A stretch of DNA of 64,000 nucleotides from a bacterium (GTDB lineage: Bacteria > Zhuqueibacterota > Zhuqueibacteria > Oceanimicrobiales > Oceanimicrobiaceae): the NCBI GenBank assembly GCA_037446635.1, contig JBBIIG010000020.1, positions 1 to 64,000 of the forward strand, written 5' to 3'. A program made the translations under genes and the position numbers. The notes below the pieces were generated by a model. The model was not told the DNA's origin. It saw only the letters and a list, made by a program, of their open reading frames with translations, and did not search any database. The first letter of the stretch is position 1, and every line of letters begins with the position of its first letter. Below are positions 55,566 through 64,000 of the stretch, piece by piece.

Positions 55566-56759
55566 TCATTTTTGGGGTACGACTACAAGCTTTCCCAGCT
55601 CCCGCAGCACTTGTTTTAGAGGCAGTTTGGTTTTGCTGGCGATTTCTTTGCAGTCGTCAAATTCCGGAACGGCATTGATGATCTCACCATCCAAACACGA
55701 GAATTTGACCCGCACCTTGCCAAATATCGTCTCCACCTCTTTAATTTCGCGATCGAGAATCTTTCGGCACTCCTGTCGAATGCGCAAGCCGATGGTTGTT
55801 GTTTCTTCAAAACAAATTTTGACCAACCGATCCTGATCCGCTAGATTCGCCAGCACGGTCAGCAAAATTCCGGGGCGATTTTTTTTCATCATGATATTGG
55901 TGAGAAACACCTCCAGCGCGCCGGCCGCGAATAACTTCTCTATGACGTGCTCATACAACTGCGGATTCATATCGTCGATATTCGTCTCAATCACCGCAAC
56001 CTGATCGAGGTTAGGTGATGGTTCCTCCGTTCTGCCGATGAAAACGCGCAGCAAATTGGGCTGCGGCAAATCCCGCGAGCCCGCGCCGTAGCCAACATGC
56101 TCGGTAATCAACACCGGCAGCGGGCCGAATTTTTCGGCGATGGTGCTGATAATTGCTGCGCCCGTGGGGGTCACCAGCTCGCCATTAATATCGCCGGCAT
56201 AAACGGGCACACCCTTCAGGATTTCCGCCGTCGCCGGCGCCGGTACCGGAAAAGTGCCGTGGGAGAAAGTCACAAAACCGCTGCCGACGTTCAGTTTTGA
56301 ACAATAGACTTTTCCAATGCTCAGCAGCTTCAAAGCAATCAGCGCTCCCACCACATCGATAATGGTGTCGAGGGCGCCGATTTCATGAAAATGCACTTTC
56401 TCGATGGGCTGGTTGTGAACCTTCGCCTCGGCCTCTGCGATTTTGTGAAAGATGCGTTTGGCATCAAATTTTAGTTTTTCGTCAAGAGACGAGCGATCAA
56501 TAATATCATTCAAGTTTTTGAGGTGGCGATAAGGCGCCGCCTTTTTTCCTTCCTGTGCCGGGGGAAGCACGACGTCAAACTTGCTGCCGCTGATGTGATT
56601 CTTGACGACTTTCTCACACTTCAGCTCGTAGTCGGTGAGATTCAGTTTGGCAAGCTCGTTTTTCAAATCATCAAACGGCAGGCCGGCGTCCAGCAGCGCG
56701 CCGATGATCATGTCGCCGCTGATGCCAGAGAAACAATCGAAGTATGCGATTCGAGACAT
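55566..56759 (-). CDS. larC: Nickel pincer cofactor nickel insertase
   Basis: YFDCFSGISGDM, VHFHEIG, ELVTPTGAA, ETNIDD, MKKNRPG, ETTTIG, PEFDD. Confidence 0.95.
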   Translation of the reverse strand: MSRIAYFDCFSGISGDMIIGALLDAGLPFDDLKNELAKLNLTDYELKCEKVVKNHISGSKFDVVLPPAQEGKKAAPYRHLKNLNDIIDRSSLDEKLKFDAKRIFHKIAEAEAKVHNQPIEKVHFHEIGALDTIIDVVGALIALKLLSIGKVYCSKLNVGSGFVTFSHGTFPVPAPATAEILKGVPVYAGDINGELVTPTGAAIISTIAEKFGPLPVLITEHVGYGAGSRDLPQPNLLRVFIGRTEEPSPNLDQVAVIETNIDDMNPQLYEHVIEKLFAAGALEVFLTNIMMKKNRPGILLTVLANLADQDRLVKICFEETTTIGLRIRQECRKILDREIKEVETIFGKVRVKFSCLDGEIINAVPEFDDCKEIASKTKLPLKQVLRELGKLVVVPQK

Positions 56760-56911
56760 CTTGATCTTTAAAGTAAAAAATTCGGAAAAATCCGAAATTC
56801 CTGCTGTTGGCAGACAGGCGAAACAAATTCAAAAAATCAAATTCAAATAGCCTAAGTACTCCATTTCAAAAATGCTTGTATGTTTAGGATCGTGACGGCG
56901 TTCTGCAAAAA

Positions 56912-57040
56912 GCAGACCCCATCCTAACCTCCCCCCCTGCCTGCGGCAGGCAGGTAAAAGGGGAAGAGACTAAATGCCCTCTCCTTTCAGGAGAGGTTTC
57001 CGCCAAAGCGGATCCGCTTCGCGGAAGGGTGAGGTCATCC
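56912..57040. mobile_element. About 130-bp composite MITE/REP-like element; inverted copy at 63245-63380
   Basis: Reverse complement aligns with 63245-63380, including both nested palindromes. Confidence 0.75.
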
Positions 57041-57072
57041 TTAAAAGGATTTTATGAAACGATGCGCTAAGC

Positions 57073-57822
57073 CTATTTATTAATCAGCGCCGCAAAATAC
57101 CCCGCGCCAAATCCGTTATCAATATTCATCACCGCGACGCCCGGCGCGCAAGCGTTAAGCATCGTCAACAGCGGCGCGATGCCTTGAAAACTGGCGCCGT
57201 AACCCACCGACGTGGGAACGGCGATCACTGGTTTGTCAACGAGTCCGCCCACGACCGACGGCAGAACGCCGTCCATTCCCGCCGCCACGATCAACACGTT
57301 GGCGCTGTCGATCTTTTCTTTGTTGTTGAGCAAACGGTGGATGCCGGCGACGCCCACGTCGTACAAGCGATCGACGGTCTGGTTCATCACCTCCGCGGTG
57401 ACCGCCGCCTCTTCCGCCACCGGGATATCGGAGGTGCCGGCGGTGACGATCAAAATGCGCTTTTCGCTGCGAGGTCTGCGGGGAAGATCCCCATGCGCGA
57501 TGAAAATGGTGGCGGCCACTTCATTGAATACCGCTTGAGGCTGCTGCGCGGCAACGAGTTTAAAAATTTCTTGCGATGCCCGCGTGGCGAGAACCTGGTT
57601 GTGCTGCGCCAGCCGCAAAATGATTTCCGCGGCTTGCGCCGGCCGCTTCTTTTGACAGAATACCACCTCCGGAAATCCCCTGCGCAGCGCGCGGTGGTGA
57701 TCGACTTTCGCGAAACCTAGATCTTCATAAGGCAAGTTTTGCAGCTTGAACGCCGCCTCTTCAATTGAAAGCTGCTGCGCCTGAACGGCCTGCAAAAGTT
57801 GTTTTATTTTTTCATGATGCAT
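57073..57822 (-). CDS. larB: Nickel pincer cofactor biosynthesis carboxylase/hydrolase
   Basis: DHHRALRRGFPEVV, AGTSDIPVAEEA, DVGVAGIHRL, PTSVGYG, NIDNGFGA. Confidence 0.95.
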   Translation of the reverse strand: MHHEKIKQLLQAVQAQQLSIEEAAFKLQNLPYEDLGFAKVDHHRALRRGFPEVVFCQKKRPAQAAEIILRLAQHNQVLATRASQEIFKLVAAQQPQAVFNEVAATIFIAHGDLPRRPRSEKRILIVTAGTSDIPVAEEAAVTAEVMNQTVDRLYDVGVAGIHRLLNNKEKIDSANVLIVAAGMDGVLPSVVGGLVDKPVIAVPTSVGYGASFQGIAPLLTMLNACAPGVAVMNIDNGFGAGYFAALINK

Positions 57823-58609
57823 TTAATGCGCCGCTGCGGAATTCCGCCAGTTCGATTTCCTCAAAACCAAGTTGTGTAAATTTCTCACCAATCACACGGA
57901 AGTTTTGCTGAACGATGTGGAAATCCCGCGGGTTGGTTTCGATGCGCGCTTTGCCGCCGAAGTGCCGCACCCGCAGCTCGCGAATATTGAGCCCTCGTAG
58001 AAAATTCTCGGCGGTTTCGATCATCGCCAGCTTCTCCGGCGTGACTTCACTACCGTACGGAACGCGCGACGACAAACAGGGACTGGCCGGCTTATCCCAA
58101 ATTTCAAGCCCGAGCTGCTGCGCCAACTGGCGGACGTCGGCTTTGGTGAACCCGGCTTCTTGCAGCGGGCTGATCACTTGGTATTCCAGCGCCGCTTGCA
58201 AACCGGGGCGGTAATCGCTGAGGTCATCGTGGTTCGTACCGTTGGCCACAAATCGAATGCCTTCACGTCTGGCGATCTGCGAAAGCTTGGAATACAATTC
58301 GCTTTTGCAGAAGTAGCAGCGGTTCGCGGGGTTGGCGGTGTAGTTGGAATTTTGAAATTCTTCGGTGCAGATGATTTCATGGCGCGCGCCGATGGTCTGC
58401 GCAATGCGGATGGCTTCCGCGATTTCCCGGCGCGGCACGGAGGGCGAATCCGCTGTCACCCCAAGCGCTTTGGAGCCGAGAACCTCGTGCGCCACTTTCA
58501 ACACCAGCGCGCTGTCCACGCCGCCAGAATAAGCCACGATTACCGAACCGCACGACTCGATGATTTTTTTTAGCGCGCCGTGCTTTTGTTTTAAATTTGC
58601 CATGGCCAA
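57812..58609 (-). CDS. larE: ATP-dependent sulfur transferase
   Basis: SGGVDS PP-loop, RCYFCK, DYRPG, KPASPCLSSR, RVRH. Confidence 0.93.
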   Translation of the reverse strand: MAMANLKQKHGALKKIIESCGSVIVAYSGGVDSALVLKVAHEVLGSKALGVTADSPSVPRREIAEAIRIAQTIGARHEIICTEEFQNSNYTANPANRCYFCKSELYSKLSQIARREGIRFVANGTNHDDLSDYRPGLQAALEYQVISPLQEAGFTKADVRQLAQQLGLEIWDKPASPCLSSRVPYGSEVTPEKLAMIETAENFLRGLNIRELRVRHFGGKARIETNPRDFHIVQQNFRVIGEKFTQLGFEEIELAEFRSGALNAS

Positions 58610-59268
58610 TTTTCTCGGATCACATTCAAACCGATGGCGATGGTCGCCGCCGCCGTCAAAATCGTAAACGAGAGATTCAGCCGCTGGAATTTTGCGGCGG
58701 CGCGAAAGGGTAAGCTGATAATCATCCCGCTGATCATCATTCCCAAAATCGATCCTAAACCGAATATCAAAGTAAACAAAAATCCCTGCGCCGCCGAGGA
58801 CATGGCGGCCGTGATCAGCAACATGATGCCAGCGCTGCCAGCGAGGCCGTGCACGACGCCAATCAAAAACGGCTTATGAAAATGCTCGTGCCGGGCGGAG
58901 ATTTGATGGGAATGCAGATGCACGTGCTCAAGGCCGCCGTGAGAATGTTTGTGAATGTGAACTTTTCCCATGGCCGCTTTTTTCAGTAATCCCCCGCCGA
59001 GGTAGAGCAGCATCAACCCGACGATCAATTCCAATGTCTGCGCCACCGGTTTCGGAATCTCAACTTTTAACAACATCAATATCGCGCCGGCAATCAGTAA
59101 AACCGCCGTATGGCCGATTCCCCACACGGCGCCGGCCAGCGCCGACTTTCTAAAATTCTGGTTTTTGCTGACGAGGGTGGAAACCGCCGCCACGTGATCG
59201 GGATCGAGGCTGTGCTGCACACCCAACAAGAAACCGGACGCCATCAAACCAAACAAATTTAGCCACAT
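58591..59268 (-). CDS. Nickel permease-like membrane protein (UreH/NiCoT-like)
   Basis: HSLDPDH, WGIGHT, His-rich loop, GVVHGLAGS. Confidence 0.85.
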   Translation of the reverse strand: MWLNLFGLMASGFLLGVQHSLDPDHVAAVSTLVSKNQNFRKSALAGAVWGIGHTAVLLIAGAILMLLKVEIPKPVAQTLELIVGLMLLYLGGGLLKKAAMGKVHIHKHSHGGLEHVHLHSHQISARHEHFHKPFLIGVVHGLAGSAGIMLLITAAMSSAAQGFLFTLIFGLGSILGMMISGMIISLPFRAAAKFQRLNLSFTILTAAATIAIGLNVIRENWPWQI

Positions 59269-59424
59269 TTTATAACCTTTCGGTGAGGGGCAATTTAAGG
59301 ACGAACAACTACTTTGTCAACTTTTAAATTGGGGGCGAATTTTAGTCAAAAATTATAGGAACCTTTTTGCTCAGAAAAGAATATTTAAAGATACATATTA
59401 CATGAGTTATGTCGATATATTTAC

Positions 59425-59453
59425 TTGAAAAGCGCGCCAGAAATATTTATCTT
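59425..59453 (+). promoter_or_regulatory. Possible sigma70 promoter of prc
   Basis: TTGAAA-N17-TATCTT. Confidence 0.4.
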
Positions 59454-59484
59454 CACTTTGCCAAATCTTTAACTGGAGAATACA

Positions 59485-61638
59485 ATGGGATCGTTCACAG
59501 GGACTCGCCGATATATTTGTAAAATGGTTCTCGGCGTCGTGGTTTTTTTGTTCGCGGCGCAGGTTCATATCGATACACTTTATTCCTCCGGAAATCTAAC
59601 CCCGGAAAAGCAACACCCCATCGTCGCGCAATACATCACCAAGCTGCTTAAGCAGTACCACTATAATCGTCAGGAGATCAACGACGCCGTCTCCTCCGAA
59701 ATGCTCGACCTCTACCTGCAAAACCTCGATCGCCAGCGGCTCTATTTTCTGGCCTCCGATATCGCGGAGTTCGAAAAGTATCGCTACAGCCTGGATGACA
59801 AGCTGACCAGCGGGCAATTGGACGTCGGGTATTTGATTTTCAACACCTTCATGTTACGAGTGGAACAGCGCATGCAATATGCCATCAGGCGCGCTGAACA
59901 GCCGTTTGACTTTTCAACCGAAGAGTATTATCAGATCAATCGCGAAACAGCGCCGTGGGCTAAAACCACCGCCGAGCTAGATGACATCTGGCGTAAGAAA
60001 ATCAAACACGAAGCCTTGAATCTAAAACTGGCTGGCAAGGATCAGGCGGGCATTTCCAAAACTCTGGTAGATCGCTACCGCGCCATCAGCAAACGCGTTC
60101 AACAATACAACTCCGAAGAAGTTTTTCAGAGCATCATCAACGCGCTGGCCGAAACCTACGACCCCCATACCAGCTATCTTTCGCCGGTCGCGGCTGAGAA
60201 TTTTGAAATCGACATGAGCCTGTCATTTGAAGGGATTGGCGCGCAATTGGTGACGGAGGATGACTACACCAAAGTGGTGCGCATCCTTCCCGGCGGCCCG
60301 GCCGATCGCAGCAAAGAGATTTGGGCGGATGACAAAATCGTCGGCGTGGCGCAGGGCGAAGGCGAGATGATCGACGTCATCGGCTGGCGCCTGGATGACG
60401 TGGTGAAACGAATCCGCGGACCTAAAGGCACCGCCGTGCGCCTTGAAATTATTCCGGCGCAAAGCGTGCCCGGCAGCCCCACGAAAATCATTCGGCTGGT
60501 GCGCGATGAAATCATCCTCGAAGAGCGCGCCGCCAAAAGTGAAACCGTCGAGGTGACGCTAGAGGACAAAAAATACAAGATCGGGATCATCGACATCCCG
60601 ACTTTCTACTCCGATCTCGACGCCCAAAGACAGGGCAAGAAAGAATTCAAAAGCACCACCCGCGACGTTCGCCGTCTGCTGGCGGAACTGAAGGCCGCCG
60701 GCGTCGATGGCATTTTGATTGACCTGCGCCGCAACGGCGGCGGCTCACTGCAAGAGGCCATCGAGCTGACGGGACTGTTTATCAAAGACGGTCCGGTGGT
60801 GCAAGTGCGCTATTCTTCCGGCTCCGTGCGCGTCGAAAGCGATCCAGACCCGGAGCTGATTTATGATGGACCGCTGGCGGTGCTGGTGAATCGCTTGAGC
60901 GCATCCGCCTCGGAAATTTTCGCCGCCGCCATTCAGGATTACGGCCGCGGCCTGATCCTGGGAGATCGCACCTTCGGAAAGGGCACTGTGCAAAATCTGT
61001 TAAGTCTCGATCGCATCGTTAATTTCCCGGAACAGCAGGCGGGGCAGCTCAAGGTCACCGTGGCAAAATTCTACCGGGTGGCCGGCGGCTCCACTCAACA
61101 TCGCGGCGTGATTCCCGACATCACCTTCCCCTCGGTTTACGACGAAACCGTGTTTGGCGAAAGCACGGAAATTCACGCCCTGCCCTGGGATGAAATCGCG
61201 CCCTCGATGTTCCAGCCCGACGACCACGTTTCAAAATATCTCTCAACTTTGCGAGCGAATTCCAAAAAACGCCTGGAAAAGGACCTCGAGTTCAAATTCC
61301 TGGCCGAGGAACTGGAGCGCTTTCGTAATGAGCGCGCCAAAGAGTATATTTCGCTGTTGGAAACGGAGCGCAAAGCCGAGCGCGAATCGCTTGAAGCGCA
61401 GAAGCTGAATCGCATTAACGAACGGCGCAAAGCCAAAGGCCTCAAACTGTTAAAAAGCAGTGAAGAAATCCCCAAAGATGAAGAAGAGCCGGACGCGATT
61501 CTTCTGGAAAGTCAGCGGGTGCTGGCCGACTTAATCGCCCAAACCAAAGCCAGCCAAACCGCCAAAATCACCGTTGACGAAAAATCCGATTCCAAAAAAA
61601 CGCCCAAAACACGCGGCTCTGCCAAAACCGACAATTAA
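59485..61638 (+). CDS. prc: Carboxy-terminal processing protease (S41A)
   Basis: DPHTSY, GIGA, PDZ, DLRRNGGGSL, SASASEIFA, TFGKGTVQ. Confidence 0.93.
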   Translation: MGSFTGTRRYICKMVLGVVVFLFAAQVHIDTLYSSGNLTPEKQHPIVAQYITKLLKQYHYNRQEINDAVSSEMLDLYLQNLDRQRLYFLASDIAEFEKYRYSLDDKLTSGQLDVGYLIFNTFMLRVEQRMQYAIRRAEQPFDFSTEEYYQINRETAPWAKTTAELDDIWRKKIKHEALNLKLAGKDQAGISKTLVDRYRAISKRVQQYNSEEVFQSIINALAETYDPHTSYLSPVAAENFEIDMSLSFEGIGAQLVTEDDYTKVVRILPGGPADRSKEIWADDKIVGVAQGEGEMIDVIGWRLDDVVKRIRGPKGTAVRLEIIPAQSVPGSPTKIIRLVRDEIILEERAAKSETVEVTLEDKKYKIGIIDIPTFYSDLDAQRQGKKEFKSTTRDVRRLLAELKAAGVDGILIDLRRNGGGSLQEAIELTGLFIKDGPVVQVRYSSGSVRVESDPDPELIYDGPLAVLVNRLSASASEIFAAAIQDYGRGLILGDRTFGKGTVQNLLSLDRIVNFPEQQAGQLKVTVAKFYRVAGGSTQHRGVIPDITFPSVYDETVFGESTEIHALPWDEIAPSMFQPDDHVSKYLSTLRANSKKRLEKDLEFKFLAEELERFRNERAKEYISLLETERKAERESLEAQKLNRINERRKAKGLKLLKSSEEIPKDEEEPDAILLESQRVLADLIAQTKASQTAKITVDEKSDSKKTPKTRGSAKTDN

Positions 61639-61660
61639 TAAATTTCAGAATCTTGCAATC

Positions 61661-61696
61661 AAGCCTTCATCCTAAAAAGTATGAAGGCTTTTTTTT
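61661..61696 (+). terminator. Rho-independent terminator
   Basis: AAGCCTTCAT/ATGAAGGCTT followed by a T-run. Confidence 0.75.
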
Positions 61697-61754
61697 GACT
61701 TAATTTTGATTTTTTTTATATTCAGCAAATCAAAGATAATCATGGAGGCCTGCT

Positions 61755-63203
61755 ATGAGAAGGGTACTTCAGAAAATCACCCGTCTAATTCTTTTGGCGT
61801 TTGTCTTTCAAGCGCTGAACACCTGCGCTACTAATCCGGTGACCGGCAAGAAAGAATTGAGCCTGTTGAGCTTCGACCAGGAAGTGCAATTAGGCGCCGA
61901 GGCCGATAAAAGCATCGTCGCTGAGTACGGCCTGTACGATGATCCCAAAATCGCAGAATACGTGAACAACCTCGGCCAGAGCATGGCGAAAGTCTCGCAC
62001 CGCCCGACGCTGCAATTTCATTTTCGGGTGCTGGACAGCCCGGTCATCAACGCCTTTGCGCTGCCGGGCGGCTATGTTTACATCACCCGCGGCATCCTCG
62101 CTTACATGAATTCCGAAGCCGAATTGGCCGGCGTGATGGGACATGAAATCGGCCACATCACCGCGCGGCACGGCGCAAAGGCCTATACCCGCGCACAACT
62201 GGCGCAAGTGGGGTTCGGCGCCGCGTTCGTGCTTTCCGAAACCTTCCGACAATTCAGCGACGTGGCGCAGGTGGGGGTCGGACTCCTCTTTCTGCGTTTC
62301 AGCCGCGACCAGGAACGGCAGTCCGATGAATTGGGCGTGCAATATTCCACGGCGTTAGGGTATGACGCCTCGGACATGTCCAAGTTTTTCGGCACCCTCG
62401 ACCGTTTGCAGGAAGAAAGCGGACAAAGTTTGCCCGGCTGGTTTTCCACTCACCCCAATCCCGAAGATCGCGAGGCCAAAACGCTTGAGCTTGCCAAAGC
62501 CGCCCAGCAAAAATCCAATTTACAGAATTTCAAGAAAGAGCGCGAAAAGTACCTCGCCCTCATCGACGGCATCGTGTTTGGCGAGGACCCGCGCCAGGGC
62601 TTTGTTGAAAACAGCATCTTCTACCACCCCACGCTCGATTTTCAATTCCCGGTACCGGCGGATTGGCAAGTGGTGAATACGCCGCAGGTGGTGCAGATGA
62701 TGAACAAAGAGCAAACCGCCGGCATCCAATTTACACTGGCGCAGGAAGCCAGCGCGCGCGCCGCAGCGGATAAGTTCGTCGCCGATTCAAAAGCACAGGT
62801 CGCGTTCTCCGATTATACTCGCATCCACGGCATGGTCGCTGAAATCCGTGAAACCCTCATTTCGACTCAGCAGGGCGCGTTGAAAGTTCTCTCTTATTTT
62901 ATCGAAAAAGACAAGTACGTCTTTGTTTTTCACGGCTTCAGCGCCGTGGACAATTACGGCAAATTTCAAAGCACGTTCAAACACACGATGTCAAATTTTG
63001 ATCGCCTCAGAAATGAAAAAGCGCGCGCCGCCAAACCGGCGCGGGTTAAAGTTGTAACGGTCAGCAAAAGCAGCACCGTCAAAGATTTCCTGGCGCAGCA
63101 TCCGCATAAAAGCGTTACAATAGACAAGCTGGCGATTATCAACGGCCTGGAATTGGGAGATGCGGTGAAGCCGGGGGATAAGATTAAGGTGGTGGCGGAA
63201 TAG
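61755..63203 (+). CDS. M48 family metalloprotease lipoprotein
   Basis: CATNPVTG, INAFALPGG, HEIGH, FSRDQE, STHP. Confidence 0.9.
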   Translation: MRRVLQKITRLILLAFVFQALNTCATNPVTGKKELSLLSFDQEVQLGAEADKSIVAEYGLYDDPKIAEYVNNLGQSMAKVSHRPTLQFHFRVLDSPVINAFALPGGYVYITRGILAYMNSEAELAGVMGHEIGHITARHGAKAYTRAQLAQVGFGAAFVLSETFRQFSDVAQVGVGLLFLRFSRDQERQSDELGVQYSTALGYDASDMSKFFGTLDRLQEESGQSLPGWFSTHPNPEDREAKTLELAKAAQQKSNLQNFKKEREKYLALIDGIVFGEDPRQGFVENSIFYHPTLDFQFPVPADWQVVNTPQVVQMMNKEQTAGIQFTLAQEASARAAADKFVADSKAQVAFSDYTRIHGMVAEIRETLISTQQGALKVLSYFIEKDKYVFVFHGFSAVDNYGKFQSTFKHTMSNFDRLRNEKARAAKPARVKVVTVSKSSTVKDFLAQHPHKSVTIDKLAIINGLELGDAVKPGDKIKVVAE

Positions 63204-63244
63204 AACAATCGCGCCTTAGTACATCATTTCAGAATTACTTGTAG

Positions 63245-63380
63245 GGATGACTTGGTGACCTCACCCTTCCGCGAAGCGGATCCGCTTTGGCGGAACCCTC
63301 TCCTAAAAGGAGAGGGAACAAGTCCTTTCCCCTCCCCCCTGCCTGCCGCAGGCAGGGGGGAAGGTCAGGATGGGATCTGC
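63245..63380. mobile_element. Composite MITE/REP-like element (inverted copy of 56912-57040)
   Basis: gacctcacccttccgcgaagcggatccgctttggcggaaccctctcct...cctgcctgccgcaggcagg...aggatgggatctgc. Confidence 0.75.
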
Positions 63381-63515
63381 TTTTCTCTCAAAAAAAGTAG
63401 AGGCTCAGGCGCGCAAGCGGGCGATGAGTACTGAAACGATTTTAGAATTCTGGATGGCAGAAAAAATAATTTCCCTGATTTAGTTAGGAGTGCAAAACTT
63501 AAGTTTTGCACTCAT

Positions 63516-64000
63516 CTAATTTCCCCCTGCTTTCTCTTTCATCTCCTTGTTCAGCTTCGCCAGGCGCACCAGCAGCGTCTCCAGTTGGCGGCTGTAATCA
63601 TCGGCCGCCAACTGCGCTTTTCTCGCTTTCAAATCTTCAATCTGCTGCTCAACGGCTAATTTCTCCAAAAGCAATTTATCGGTTGGCGAAGCCTGCCCCG
63701 ATTCCGCCTTTTTAACAACCGCCTGCCACTCCGCGGACAGCGGGCCAAGATAGACCCGGCTCGCCCACTGGCCGTCAGCCGCTGAGCCGTCCAAAGTTTG
63801 GCTGCCGTTGCCGTCGCCGTTGTCATCCAGCAGCGGATGCTCGGAACGAATTCGCCGTTTCTCGTCGAACCATTTGTCCTGATTAATTTTGGCGAAATTA
63901 AACGCCTCCGACAAACTGATGCGCTGGTCTTTGTTCACGTCCGCTTCTTCGGAGGAAAGCGCATCTAAAAAGAAATCCGCGAAGTTAGCGGCGAAACGTT
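63516..64000 (-). CDS. 3' part of a hypothetical protein (5' end outside the window)
   Basis: Frame stays open to the window end; ADVNKDQRISLSEAF, EHPLLDDNGDG. Confidence 0.7.
   Translation of the reverse strand, partial: RFAANFADFFLDALSSEEADVNKDQRISLSEAFNFAKINQDKWFDEKRRIRSEHPLLDDNGDGNGSQTLDGSAADGQWASRVYLGPLSAEWQAVVKKAESGQASPTDKLLLEKLAVEQQIEDLKARKAQLAADDYSRQLETLLVRLAKLNKEMKEKAGGN

Noticed and set aside
57812..58609. CYFCK as an NrfA-type CxxCK heme site
   Set aside because: It lies in cytoplasmic LarE, where these cysteines are a known conserved motif

Overview
Bacterial genomic DNA, moderately GC-rich. It is probably from an FCB-superphylum lineage such as KSB1, Calditrichota or Ignavibacteria; this is inferred only from four 'NYPNPFNP' T9SS-type-A C-terminal domains. 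After a divergent glutamate dehydrogenase, about 54 kb (1906-55535) is one co-oriented electron-transfer island. It holds 17 intact c-type cytochrome genes (about 105 canonical CxxCH plus 6 CX3-4CH motifs, manual count), including four multiheme cytochromes with T9SS-type sorting domains and a Cyc2-like cytochrome-porin next to a cupredoxin. It also has three Rieske/cytochrome b modules (one with an NfnB/DsrL-like flavo-iron-sulfur protein, one with an HAO-like octaheme), a HybA/NrfD-c7 quinol module, a NapC-like protein, a beta-barrel plus 14-heme cytochrome, two HAO-like octahemes, and napA with a doubled NapB. Regulators are two histidine kinases, two sigma54 activators and two REC-GcvH-like fusions, and matching sigma54-type promoters and enhancer palindromes are visible in the DNA. 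A DUF2938-like gene has an in-frame UGA followed by a bacterial-SECIS-like hairpin (candidate selenoprotein). Intergenic regions carry several families of REP/MITE-like palindromes, some inserted in-frame in genes. The window ends with a nickel transporter-larE-larB-larC cluster, prc, an M48 protease and a partial CDS. No rRNA, tRNA, CRISPR array or transposase was recognised. All family assignments come from motif recognition, not database searches.
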